Shown piece after piece: positions 31,025 through 40,097 of a stretch of 40,196 nucleotides of DNA; positions within the stretch are counted from its first letter, which is position 1, and each line of letters starts with the position of its first letter. Origin of the DNA: a virus. A program made the position numbers and the translations under genes. The notes under the pieces were generated by a model. That model saw only the letters and a list, made by a program, of their open reading frames with translations, ran no database searches and was not told the origin of the DNA. The stretch is from IMG/VR virus record IMGVR_UViG_3300029171_000021, positions 1 to 40,196 of that record; one strand, 5' to 3'.

Positions 31025-32782
31025 CTAGGTACGAACCTTTCTGTCAAATTTTCGGCTGTAGAAGCCATTAATCTCCTGTTCAGTTATTTCAAAAATCTGT
31101 CCTTCTCCATCTACAATGAATTCAACTGACATTATGCGTGTATCTCTGCGTTTTTTCAACAGTTTTTCGAATTCAAAAGGGAAAGCAAATTGAGAAGTAG
31201 TAGTGCTTATTCCTACGCCAGTGCCGATACGCATACGGCCAATAGGTGAACCACCTGTTAACTGTATCTGAGTATCTGTTATGTGATATTGCTGGATAAT
31301 CTCATCATCAAAGTAAATATTAACCAGAATGTCACAGCCTGTGCCTAGCAGCCCTCTGATATACTGAGCTTGGAAGTATTTACTGATTCGGCTTGAGCCA
31401 GCATTAAAATCAGCGAGCTTGACTTCTGAACGAATGCCAACACCATTATCATCATAGCCAACTTCATCTTGGTAGATTTTAGGCTCTACATTTGATCCCC
31501 AGTAAGTTTCGCCTTTGTGAAAGACGGCTGTGCCTGCAGGCTTGCCAGTATCTCTTGACCATGGTTTTTCTGGAATGTTGCTATCCATCACGAAAGTAAC
31601 ATCAGCATTGTTCTTCTTCACCCAAAGTTTGAGCAACTTCTGGTGAGGATTGAAGTGAAGTACAGCGCCAGACTGATCGGCATCAAGTGTCTTGAGTTCT
31701 TCGAAGATCTTGCCATCAAATGAGGAAGATACAGAAGGAAACTCAGAAGCCAGTCCTTGCTGTTCTCCTATCTCCTTAATGGACTTGCCTGTGAAGACAA
31801 GTATTTGGTCATCTGCTTGACAGACTGAGCGTGTACTTGCAGCACCGTAAGTGTCTGTAAGAGGTTCAATAATAGGAATTCCGCTGGAATCAAATCCAGA
31901 GCAGATAAAGATAGATGTTTTCTTAATAATCAGCGCATAGCGCTTAGTCTTGACGATATTCAAGATATTACTCTTATCACCTACAGGAATATAGCCTGAG
32001 CCAGTGCCTGCAAAGTCATAGAAGTATTCAGGATTGATGCCAGTAGCACCACGGCTATAGAACATTGTATTGCCCTGATAAGTCTTTGTGGATTCTCCAG
32101 GATTACCAGCAGCAAGCCAAGTATTCTGGAATTCACAGCCAAAGCCTATCTTTGGAGCAGAGCTAAGACTAGTGACTTGATAGATCAGAGCACCAGCAAC
32201 AGGGCTAAGAGCCACTGTAGCAGCAGTGATTGTTAATACATCATTTGTCTTGGCAGTGACGGTTATATCATCGTATCCAAGAGCAGAAATAACACGCACA
32301 GTTCCAGTAGCTGTAAATCTCCAGCCCTGTCCAGAACTTACAGTAACACTAGTAGAAGTTAGAGCAACTAAATCAGTAGTTGTCTTGCTTCTTGCGATTC
32401 TTAAGGGGAAGTTAACGCCATTCATAACATATAGATCGCCAGAGAAAGATAGGAACTCTACAGGAGCAGTAGTGTCAAGCCCTGAGTATAATTCAAAGGC
32501 ATCTGTGAAGTCGTCTACTTCGACAAAGATTTTACCATTAGCAACAAAGTAGGCTTCATCGCCATTAGAGAAAGAGCCTTGTATTCCATTGCTACCAACG
32601 CCAGAGAAATTAGTCATACTACGTTCATAATATCCTGGTCTGTTAGTGAAGCCACCTCCAAGCTTAAAGCGCACATTTAGGGCTTTAGCGAGTTGATTAG
32701 GCTTGAGCAATGTCTTCTCTATGCCGAATACTTCGCCACCATTGAAATTAGCTGATATGATTGGATCAAACCTTTGTGGCAT
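31025..32782 (-). CDS. Tail structural protein (585 aa), possibly nozzle/tubular type
   Basis: Large beta-rich ORF in the tail module. Assigned by position only. Confidence 0.45.
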   Translation of the reverse strand: MPQRFDPIISANFNGGEVFGIEKTLLKPNQLAKALNVRFKLGGGFTNRPGYYERSMTNFSGVGSNGIQGSFSNGDEAYFVANGKIFVEVDDFTDAFELYSGLDTTAPVEFLSFSGDLYVMNGVNFPLRIARSKTTTDLVALTSTSVTVSSGQGWRFTATGTVRVISALGYDDITVTAKTNDVLTITAATVALSPVAGALIYQVTSLSSAPKIGFGCEFQNTWLAAGNPGESTKTYQGNTMFYSRGATGINPEYFYDFAGTGSGYIPVGDKSNILNIVKTKRYALIIKKTSIFICSGFDSSGIPIIEPLTDTYGAASTRSVCQADDQILVFTGKSIKEIGEQQGLASEFPSVSSSFDGKIFEELKTLDADQSGAVLHFNPHQKLLKLWVKKNNADVTFVMDSNIPEKPWSRDTGKPAGTAVFHKGETYWGSNVEPKIYQDEVGYDDNGVGIRSEVKLADFNAGSSRISKYFQAQYIRGLLGTGCDILVNIYFDDEIIQQYHITDTQIQLTGGSPIGRMRIGTGVGISTTTSQFAFPFEFEKLLKKRRDTRIMSVEFIVDGEGQIFEITEQEINGFYSRKFDRKVRT

Positions 32783-32791
32783 GAGATATGG

Positions 32792-33901
32792 TTAACGGTT
32801 ACTATGACCCCAGCTCGAACGGCCTCCAATGCCTAGGCGTCTAGCAGGATTATCCCACTTAGTACGTATTGGCACACGACCACCCATGTGTTGTTTGCTG
32901 TCGAAGACAGAGGCTTTCAGCAGTACTTTGTCTGCTAAGCCGTCATGATCTTTAGCTAGCGCATTCTCTTCTAAATGTCTATATAGTCTAGCAGATACTT
33001 TGAAGTTGATATAATTCCAGTATGGCTGAGGTATTTCTACGTAAGCATAATCTGGATTGTCAGGCGTGATCATGCTCTTCTGAGCATAGCTGAATTTGAT
33101 TCTCTTGCTGGAAGTATGATAAGGGAAAGCAAAGTATTTCTTGACATCACCGTCAGAAGTCCTGACTTCCAGTTGCCAGTATCTTCCTGCACTAGGTTCT
33201 GTATTCATGCCTGTATCTTCTGGATAGTAAGGCACATCTTCTACCCACATTGATATAATCTTGTTAAAGTCCGTAGGAACTTGGTAGAGTAGTAAGCAGC
33301 GTTCGCCAGCTATATGATCTCTCTGGATATCAGCCTGATTAAGTGTGAGGGTATTTACTCCATCATTGCCACTATAGGCCATTGGATTATAATCACAGAG
33401 GAATCTGCCAAGACCTGGCCAGTCGCTTGTATCTCCAAGGACAGCTTGTGTATCTCCTGGATCAAAGGCAGTAGTAACAGTAGTGTCAGGTAGGATATAT
33501 TGAGTTTTATATTTCTTTCTCCAAGTCCACGCCCTGTAGTTGATGAATTCAGCATTCGCTTCCATGATGTATTTCAGTACAGCTGTAGAGCTAGTGCCTT
33601 CATTGTCATTGTCTTCATCAAGACCAAATTCCTGCATCAGCTCTGTACGGAATGCGCTGATTGTCTTTGTCTCTAGGCCTGTAGGAGTAGCAACACTTGG
33701 CTCAGTAGTATGATAATCCACTCGAATGCTGACCGTAGGAGCATCACTAAGAGTTAGGACAGCCCCAAGTATTGTATAAGAGCCAAAATAGATAGCACCA
33801 TCGACAATAATATCATCTATTTGGTAGATATCATTTGCCAGAGTGAATATTGTATTCACTCCGTTAATAGCGCCTGTTGGTGTCTCTTTGTATATAAACA
33901 T
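32792..33901 (-). CDS. Tail/adaptor-module structural protein (369 aa)
   Basis: N-terminal ~65 aa (KETPTGAINGVNTIFTL...DDIIVDG...TLSDAP...VDY) is paralogous to the stand-alone 68-aa ORF upstream. Confidence 0.5.
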   Translation of the reverse strand: MFIYKETPTGAINGVNTIFTLANDIYQIDDIIVDGAIYFGSYTILGAVLTLSDAPTVSIRVDYHTTEPSVATPTGLETKTISAFRTELMQEFGLDEDNDNEGTSSTAVLKYIMEANAEFINYRAWTWRKKYKTQYILPDTTVTTAFDPGDTQAVLGDTSDWPGLGRFLCDYNPMAYSGNDGVNTLTLNQADIQRDHIAGERCLLLYQVPTDFNKIISMWVEDVPYYPEDTGMNTEPSAGRYWQLEVRTSDGDVKKYFAFPYHTSSKRIKFSYAQKSMITPDNPDYAYVEIPQPYWNYINFKVSARLYRHLEENALAKDHDGLADKVLLKASVFDSKQHMGGRVPIRTKWDNPARRLGIGGRSSWGHSNR

Positions 33902-33904
33902 TGC

Positions 33905-34111
33905 TTAGTTGTTAACGTAGTAGTCTATGTAGAGACTTGTATTTGGAGCGTCATCTAGCGTTATGTGTTTGGCTTGTTTTGTAAAACTTCCTTCGTAATA
34001 TTCCCCATCAATGAAGATATCGTCTACGAGAGCAATATCATGCAGCAGATCAAAGTCTACATTTGTTCCGTTAATAGCGCCTGTGGGGATTTCTTTAGTT
34101 ATTAGTATCAT
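33905..34111 (-). CDS. Small structural-module protein (68 aa), stand-alone copy of the N-terminal domain of the 369-aa protein
   Basis: KEIPTGAINGTNVDFDL...DDIFIDG...TLDDAP...IDY. Shares an identical 18-nt stretch (34067..34084 = 33860..33877). Confidence 0.5.
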   Translation of the reverse strand: MILITKEIPTGAINGTNVDFDLLHDIALVDDIFIDGEYYEGSFTKQAKHITLDDAPNTSLYIDYYVNN

Positions 34112-34112
34112 T

Positions 34113-35366
34113 TTAGTCTATGTCAAGAAGTTCGAACAGAAGGCCGTTAATAGTAGCAAGAGTAGAGAAGTATCTACCCAAGTAAAGCTTATTGTATTTA
34201 ACAGACCAGACCAGTGCAGCAAGGTTAACAGTTGCAGAGCCAAGAGTGCGAATAGTGATTGTATCAACTTTCACTCCTGTTACTCTGTTAAAGCGCTGAA
34301 TAGTTGTAGATGTTGCAGTTCCTGCTGTATCACAGACCAAGATATAATTACGGCCATAGAATATCGTTCCTGGCCCAGCATTAGCAGGTGCAACGGATAG
34401 TGTTATATCAAGAGCTAGGTTTGTAAGAGTTGTGCCAGAGATTGAGTATTGCTTAATATTGGTAGCAGCTTTGTTTGCCCCATCTGCAATAAGCACTCTG
34501 TTATTCACATGATCCCAGCCGATACGCACTATATTGGTAGGTGCTGTTCCAGAGAAGGTAACTGTAGCAATATTAGTGCCTTGTGGATCAGCTATATAGA
34601 GAGTGGCAGCAGCATTGGCAGCATAGAGAATCCTGTCAACTCCACCAACTTTGATTCTGCAGCCAAGATCAGTATTGGCAGCGAGACCAGCTACAGTAGC
34701 AAATACATCTATTAGGCCTCTAGCGCCAGATACACCTCTTGAGTTATGAGTAGTGGCAGTTGTGTTATCACGGCCTACAAGCAAGCTATCATTGTTACAG
34801 AGGGCTTGCCAAGTACTCCAAGCATTCACATCACCAGAAGCACCAGCACGGTTATGGCCTGCAATAGAGAATGAAAGAGGGGCAGCACCATCTGAGTATC
34901 CAGGAAGTCCTGTATCTTGCATTGTAACAGATTGCCCTTCACTTCCTACTGGAAGTCTCTGGAATAATCCTCCTGCTGTTCTGTAATAAATATCACCTGT
35001 GGCATCGCTGCCAACATTGATTACAGGCGAAGTAATAGTCTTTTGTGTAAGATTCTGTTGAGCAGTGAGCGTAACAAGCGTATCAGAGAGGTCAGGCAAA
35101 GTAAAAGTCCTTGTCTGGCCAGCTGTGATAGAGCCTAATTGGAATCTAGCTTGGCGAGTCACATCACCGTTATCTTGTAGAGTAAAGAGTGTATCGAGAA
35201 TATTAATAGTATTACTATTATCCAGCACTTTATTGCTGATAGTAGAAGCGCCTGTGTTAAGGTCTGCAAGAGTCGCTAAATCTACTCCATTCTTTTGAAC
35301 AGAGCCTGTAAAGTTAAAACTACCTCCTAGATTTATACGATTAGGCTGTATAGTGTTTAGAGCCAT
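34113..35366 (-). CDS. Tail fibre-like protein (417 aa)
   Basis: N-terminus MALNTIQPNRINLGGSFNFTGSVQKNGVDLATLADL and a T/G/A/N-rich body are typical of fibre proteins. Assigned by composition and position. Confidence 0.5.
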   Translation of the reverse strand: MALNTIQPNRINLGGSFNFTGSVQKNGVDLATLADLNTGASTISNKVLDNSNTINILDTLFTLQDNGDVTRQARFQLGSITAGQTRTFTLPDLSDTLVTLTAQQNLTQKTITSPVINVGSDATGDIYYRTAGGLFQRLPVGSEGQSVTMQDTGLPGYSDGAAPLSFSIAGHNRAGASGDVNAWSTWQALCNNDSLLVGRDNTTATTHNSRGVSGARGLIDVFATVAGLAANTDLGCRIKVGGVDRILYAANAAATLYIADPQGTNIATVTFSGTAPTNIVRIGWDHVNNRVLIADGANKAATNIKQYSISGTTLTNLALDITLSVAPANAGPGTIFYGRNYILVCDTAGTATSTTIQRFNRVTGVKVDTITIRTLGSATVNLAALVWSVKYNKLYLGRYFSTLATINGLLFELLDID

Positions 35367-35387
35367 AGTTGGTTCGTGTCAAGAAAT

Positions 35388-35537
35388 ATTAACTTTTCAT
35401 CATTTTCTTCATGGCCTTCTTGTCCATCATGTGGCCTTGTGATCTTTGTTTGGCTTCTACGGCATAATAGACTTTCTTGCCTTTGATTTTGCCGTATTCC
35501 TTCTGCATATCTTTCATCATATTCTTATTGACTGGCA
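35388..35537 (-). CDS. Possible small Lys/Met-rich protein (49 aa)
   Basis: Hand-translated: MPVNKNMMKDMQKEYGKIKGKKVYYAVEAKQRSQGHMMDKKAMKKMMKS. Fills the gap between two structural genes. Confidence 0.3.
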
Positions 35538-35539
35538 TA

Positions 35540-35854
35540 TTATTTTTGGTTATTGACTACGCATTTTAGGTTACTTAATGCTTTAACAGTCGTATCCATA
35601 TTGGCCAGAGCTTGCTGAAGATTAGCACTGTGTTGTTGAGTAAGAGCCAGATTGGCGTCTAGACTTGCGCTTGTCTTCTTCTGAGACTCTTGGATCATAG
35701 CCAAGGTTGCTAGATAGGCAGCGTCTTTGTCATCCCGTGTAGCACGTTCTGCATCTTCTCTCTTCAGGAAGAACCAGACGACTGTGAGTAGGATAACGAT
35801 TATTGCTAAGTTTGGATCAAGTTTGTTCAAAGAATCTAGAATGTCAGACATCAT
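35540..35854 (-). CDS. Membrane-anchored coiled-coil protein (104 aa)
   Basis: TM segment LAIIVILLTVVWFFL near the N-terminus followed by a helical region. Function unknown. Confidence 0.5.
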   Translation of the reverse strand: MMSDILDSLNKLDPNLAIIVILLTVVWFFLKREDAERATRDDKDAAYLATLAMIQESQKKTSASLDANLALTQQHSANLQQALANMDTTVKALSNLKCVVNNQK

Positions 35855-35889
35855 TTAAGATGTTATAATATAGTTATCCGTGCTTCTGT

Positions 35890-36678
35890 TTAAGCTAAGG
35901 CGACTACAGCAGCGCCTAGAGGTCTTACCCACATATGGAATGTGATAGTACCGTCAGTGGTATCAGCAACTTTGCCAGTTACACCTACATTTCCAGAGAC
36001 AATCTTTGAAGGAATGGAAGAGGCAGGGAGGGTGGTGGCAGGGGTATTGTCGAACCAGAATTCTCCATTGTCAATATTTGTTGCAGTGGTTGCAGCAACA
36101 AGAGCGTCTGTATCAGTTGGAACTCCTATCTCAAGAGTGGCAGAAGCACCTGCAAGATTTTCAGTACAGTAACCGAATACACTTACGAGGGCAGCACCTG
36201 TATTAGTGAGTAGTGGAATGTAAGGATCAAGACCACCAGCGAGGGCAGCACCTGAGACAGTAGCAGCACCTGCAGCAGCGTTTGTAGATAATCCAATTGC
36301 ATTGCCGAGGATTCCAAAGGCATCAGCAGTAATAGTGACAACAGCGCCTACGGCTACAGCAGATACGCCTGCAATCGCATCTAATGCAGCAGCTAAGCTT
36401 GTAGCAGTAGCAGGATTGCTAACAGCTGCAGTCCAGTCAGCGCCTTCTGTCTTTGTGACAGCATTAGTTGTGACTGTCTTACCTGCTAAGAGTGTGTAGT
36501 CAACGATAGTGACAGTTCCAGTAGCATAAGTGGATTGGTAATCCTCAACAGCTACAGTCTTGCTTAAATATTCACCACCAAGATTTAGGCTGGTATCAAC
36601 TGGCAATGGATTGTTGTAGCTGACACAAGTTTCTTGACTGTTTAGTAATGCGGATTTGAGAAAGCTTATTGCGTGCAT
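35890..36678 (-). CDS. Ala/Thr/Gly-rich virion protein (262 aa)
   Basis: Long ORF in the head-tail joining region with beta-rich composition. No motif recognised. Confidence 0.5.
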   Translation of the reverse strand: MHAISFLKSALLNSQETCVSYNNPLPVDTSLNLGGEYLSKTVAVEDYQSTYATGTVTIVDYTLLAGKTVTTNAVTKTEGADWTAAVSNPATATSLAAALDAIAGVSAVAVGAVVTITADAFGILGNAIGLSTNAAAGAATVSGAALAGGLDPYIPLLTNTGAALVSVFGYCTENLAGASATLEIGVPTDTDALVAATTATNIDNGEFWFDNTPATTLPASSIPSKIVSGNVGVTGKVADTTDGTITFHMWVRPLGAAVVALA

Positions 36679-36683
36679 AGAGT

Positions 36684-37070
36684 TTATTGTTTAAGGAATG
36701 CTAAAAGTGTTTGTTTGTCTTGCTTTTTGCCGTCAAAACCTTTCTCTGTAGCGAGCTTGCGTAATTCATTCCAAGATAGGTCTTCAAGGGCGACTTCGCC
36801 TTCTACTTCTACCTTGTCACCAACTTCTACGCCTTGTCCAGCAAGTTCTGGATTTTCGTCCATAACTTCTTGAGTAATCTCTACTTCATGTTTAGGTTCT
36901 TCGACCTTTGCAGCTTTTGCCATGGCAGCTTCTCTCTTGAGTTGGCTCTTGGATTTTTCTGATTTCACTTCCTTTGCCACACCACTAGTAGAGCCTACGC
37001 CCATAGTCACTTGACTGTCAGTCTGCTTAATAGTGCCTACAGATGCACCAATTCCCATATGTCCGTTCAT
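36684..37070 (-). CDS. Hypothetical protein with C-terminal HeH/SAP-like motif (128 aa)
   Basis: The C-terminal LSWNELRKLATEKGFDGKKQDKQTLLAFL resembles HeH/SAP helix-extension-helix motifs common in phage proteins. Confidence 0.45.
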   Translation of the reverse strand: MNGHMGIGASVGTIKQTDSQVTMGVGSTSGVAKEVKSEKSKSQLKREAAMAKAAKVEEPKHEVEITQEVMDENPELAGQGVEVGDKVEVEGEVALEDLSWNELRKLATEKGFDGKKQDKQTLLAFLKQ

Positions 37071-37106
37071 ATTATTATAATTATGTATTAGTATTTAACT
37101 TCAAGA

Positions 37107-37130
37107 GGCCTCTGACCGAAGTCAGAAGCC
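37107..37130 (-). terminator. Stable stem-loop with UUCG tetraloop after the gene following the capsid gene (attenuator/terminator or RNA-stabilising hairpin)
   Basis: The - strand reads GGCUUCUGAC-UUCG-GUCAGAGGCC. This is a 10-bp stem with one G.U pair on the - strand RNA, whereas the same position would be a C.A mismatch on the + strand. Begins 10 nt after stop 37140, followed by UCUUGAAGUU. Confidence 0.5.
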
Positions 37131-37139
37131 CGATTGAAA

Positions 37140-37598
37140 CTAAAGTGGAGCGTCTACGATTCTGCGCCATACTCTGTAGTGTACTTTTACATATAGAGGA
37201 GAATTACCAGTGGTAATTTCGCCTACAAGTAATTGCATTACGAGAGCAGCATTTGCTACAGGAGTATATTCTGTAACAATTGGGCGAGTAATACGAGTCT
37301 GGGCTGTTGTCTGATCAAGGAATCCAGTTGTTTCAAGGTCAGTATTTACCTGAGCGCCTGAACCATTTGTATACTTGATAGCCAAGTCCTCACCAGCAGC
37401 AATTCCTGCGTAAGCAGTGCCAGCTGGCTTATGGACTACAGCGCCTAGAAATTCCAAGAGCTTATTGGCTCCTGGAGCAGGTACTAATTCGACTGGCGTA
37501 GCATTGAGCGCTAGCAGCTGAGCACTTGTGATTGTTTTCTCAAGTGCGCATACTTCCACTAAGTCATTAATTTCAATTGAACTGAAATTAGTCTTCAT
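37140..37598 (-). CDS. Hypothetical head-module protein (152 aa)
   Basis: The track start 37604 is a TTG. Trimmed to ATG 37598 (MKTNFSSIEI...). Immediately downstream of the capsid gene. Confidence 0.5.
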   Translation of the reverse strand: MKTNFSSIEINDLVEVCALEKTITSAQLLALNATPVELVPAPGANKLLEFLGAVVHKPAGTAYAGIAAGEDLAIKYTNGSGAQVNTDLETTGFLDQTTAQTRITRPIVTEYTPVANAALVMQLLVGEITTGNSPLYVKVHYRVWRRIVDAPL

Positions 37599-37625
37599 TG
37601 TCAATTAGTGTTAGGGAAATAAAAA

Positions 37626-38558
37626 TTAGTAACTACCTGTAGTACCGTCAGATCCAATTACTCCGATAGGTGAAGACCAGCCATAAGACTCTCTGAAGAA
37701 AGCATTATAGAAAGTAGTCATCTTGCGAGATTGATTCCAAGGTGTTACCCAAGTCATCAGATCTTCTCTAACGAATCTCTTCAGTTTGTTTCGTTTACCG
37801 ATAACAAACCAGTAGTCGTCAGATCCACCTTCAACAGCTCCAATATATGGAGATTGTTTAACGAAGATGTTGTATTTGGCTGAGAATACATTTGGGCCGT
37901 TGTTAGCTGATTGAGCTACATCTTTGGCTTCAGTGATTTCTACAGCTCTCTTGAAGTTTGCAGGGGCTACCAGCAAGCAGTAAGGAACGTTAGTAATCAA
38001 GCGGTTAGAATGAGACTTTTGTTCAGCCAATCTTTGCAAAGCTAATTGAAGCGCTCCTGGAGAGAGTTTTTCAGTTAGTTTGTTATCCAGCACTCCACCG
38101 AAATCACGAGGGTGATCATCAGCACAGAGAGCTTTGCCATCAGCACCTAAGTAAGATGCAGAGAAAGCATTGCGGAAAATAGAGAAGGCATTGAAATACT
38201 GAGTATCTCTAGCAGCTTCACCTAATTCACCAATGTTGTCTTCGATCAAACCATAGAGCTGATCATTGAGCTGTTCGTATGATACAGGAACAGAGTTGCT
38301 GAAAGAGACGTGAGTATAAGTAGTCTTGTACTTTTCTTCAACGTCATCTTCGAAGATGTCTTCTTCTTCGCCTTTAGTGCGGAAGCGTCCAACACCTCTC
38401 AATTCGAGATCATATTCAGCGTGTTTCTTAGAACCTTTTCGCTTGAAGATTTCATCAATACTAGCCATGTTTGGCAACATTTCAGCATTATATGAATCGT
38501 AGAATACCTCATTAAGGCCTTCTTCGATTGTCTCAAGCATGATAGAGTTATTTAACAT
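37626..38558 (-). CDS. Major capsid protein, HK97-fold type (310 aa)
   Basis: Pattern ...EYDLELRGVGRFRTKGEEEDI ... YTHVSFSNSVPVSYEQLNDQLYG ... GADGKALCADDHP ... resembles gpT/HK97-like capsid families. Size and the scaffold-decoration-capsid gene order support the call. Confidence 0.7.
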   Translation of the reverse strand: MLNNSIMLETIEEGLNEVFYDSYNAEMLPNMASIDEIFKRKGSKKHAEYDLELRGVGRFRTKGEEEDIFEDDVEEKYKTTYTHVSFSNSVPVSYEQLNDQLYGLIEDNIGELGEAARDTQYFNAFSIFRNAFSASYLGADGKALCADDHPRDFGGVLDNKLTEKLSPGALQLALQRLAEQKSHSNRLITNVPYCLLVAPANFKRAVEITEAKDVAQSANNGPNVFSAKYNIFVKQSPYIGAVEGGSDDYWFVIGKRNKLKRFVREDLMTWVTPWNQSRKMTTFYNAFFRESYGWSSPIGVIGSDGTTGSY

Positions 38559-38604
38559 GCGAGTTAATTTATAGATTTAATATTTGTCTGTCTGTTAGTG
38601 ATTA

Positions 38605-39057
38605 CTAGCCATTGATATGGAAGCTTGGATCAATGCGGAAATATATTTCATTTCTCGCAGCGTCATAGGCTTTAATCTTCATAACACCTTTTGTGGTGTC
38701 ATTTTCATCTATTGTCTGAACACCAGCAGCTACATCGAGTGTAACTTGTGTGCCGATAATAGTTGTTGCGAGATTGGCTGAGGTTGTTGGTTTTCCAACA
38801 AATTCAGTGTTAGGATCATCGTATACAAATACGACGCCATCAGCGCTAGCAGTGACTGTGTCCTTGCTGGCTGTAACACCTACCCAAACATCATCGCTGT
38901 CAGTAGCATCTGGTGCTACCAATACGTATTCCTCATCGCCAGCTGTGTCTTGAATGCAGATTTCCCCAGCAGCTAAGGCAGTTTGACCTGCTTTGGTCTG
39001 ATAAGGTCTAGCACTCCAGCGGTGACTGTCGAGAGGTCTGAAGTCTTGCTTACTCAT
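38605..39057 (-). CDS. Head decoration/cement-like protein (150 aa)
   Basis: Small beta-rich ORF between the scaffold and capsid genes, as lambda D lies between Nu3 and E. Positional inference only. Confidence 0.4.
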   Translation of the reverse strand: MSKQDFRPLDSHRWSARPYQTKAGQTALAAGEICIQDTAGDEEYVLVAPDATDSDDVWVGVTASKDTVTASADGVVFVYDDPNTEFVGKPTTSANLATTIIGTQVTLDVAAGVQTIDENDTTKGVMKIKAYDAARNEIYFRIDPSFHING

Positions 39058-39076
39058 GGTTGTGAGTTATAAGGAA

Positions 39077-39991
39077 TTAATATCCGTGTTTCTCAAGGGT
39101 TTTCTTGGCTCCGATTCCTTCTAGGAACTGTAGAGCTTCAGAAGTTAGAGGTTTCTTGGCTGTTCCGCCTTTTGGCGCTCCAGCGCTTGGCAGGTTAGCT
39201 GCCACCTTCTTAGCGTTCAAATTGCGCATAGCTCTTTCCTCTACTTGATTGACGTCCTCCTTGATTCCTTTCTTATACTTTACGTAAGAGAAAGCATCTT
39301 CCAGAGGAAGCCCAGATTTTTCAAAGAATGCCCATGTCTCCTTCTCTACTTCTCCTTTGAATTCAGGATTCTTAGAGCGGAAGTCATTCAGGTATACTTC
39401 TGCTTCAGCCTTTTCTTTCTCAGAGAGTTTAGTCTGCAGTTCTTCAACTGTTTTCTTGAGAGGTTCAACTTCTTTTTCCAAGATGTTTCGAGTTTCCTCT
39501 GGCATTTTGGCTTTGTTGACTGCCTCAACTAACTGAGCGTAAGTACTGATGCCGTGCGATTCGCCTAGACTAGCTTTTACTATCCTGTCGGCTAGTGGTC
39601 TGTTAGTCCCTGCGAGCTTATGAATGTATTCGGGATCTTGCTCAATGCGCTCTAGAGCAATGGTCTCTGCTACCTTCATAGCCTCAGAAGTTTCACGATC
39701 CTTCTGAGCTTGGAGATCTTTGTATCTCTTCTCCCAATTAGCGTCAGGTGTATCACCTCCAGCCTCTGGCTTTGCTTCAGCTTCTTGTTTGTTCTCTGAA
39801 GTTCCTTGGCCTTCTGGTAATTCCTTCTTGTCTTCGGAAGTCTGCTTATCGATCCCCGTGCCTTGTCTCATTGCGGATATAGCTTTTTCAAACTTGGATT
39901 CGCCTTGAGAGTTAGCAGCAGAACTGCTATTGCCATCTTGCCCAGTCCCTTTGTCAGGGGTGTCAGGCGTGGCGTTAGAGTTGTTCAACAT
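39077..39991 (-). CDS. Scaffolding protein-like (304 aa), Glu/Lys-rich coiled coil
   Basis: The track start 40093 is a non-ATG extension. Trimmed to ATG 39991 (MLNNSNATPD...). Has a disordered acidic N-terminus, then long charged helices (KDLQAQKDRETSEAMK ... LQTKLSEKEKAEAEV). Upstream of the capsid gene. Confidence 0.55.
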   Translation of the reverse strand: MLNNSNATPDTPDKGTGQDGNSSSAANSQGESKFEKAISAMRQGTGIDKQTSEDKKELPEGQGTSENKQEAEAKPEAGGDTPDANWEKRYKDLQAQKDRETSEAMKVAETIALERIEQDPEYIHKLAGTNRPLADRIVKASLGESHGISTYAQLVEAVNKAKMPEETRNILEKEVEPLKKTVEELQTKLSEKEKAEAEVYLNDFRSKNPEFKGEVEKETWAFFEKSGLPLEDAFSYVKYKKGIKEDVNQVEERAMRNLNAKKVAANLPSAGAPKGGTAKKPLTSEALQFLEGIGAKKTLEKHGY

Positions 39992-40097
39992 ATGTATATG
40001 TGTTATTAAATAGCACCCCGTTGTGAGGGGATATGGAGAGACAAGCAAGAGAAACAAACAAAACTCCCCTTGTCTTCCTATATTCCACCACAACAGA

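Noticed and set aside
39992-40093. N-terminal 34-aa extension of the scaffold-like ORF (track start at 40093, MWWNIGRQGEFCLF...)
   Set aside because: The extension starts at a non-ATG codon, is hydrophobic and Cys-rich unlike the rest of the protein, and runs through the hairpin-rich intergenic region. ATG 39991 (MLNNSNATPD) is the plausible start.
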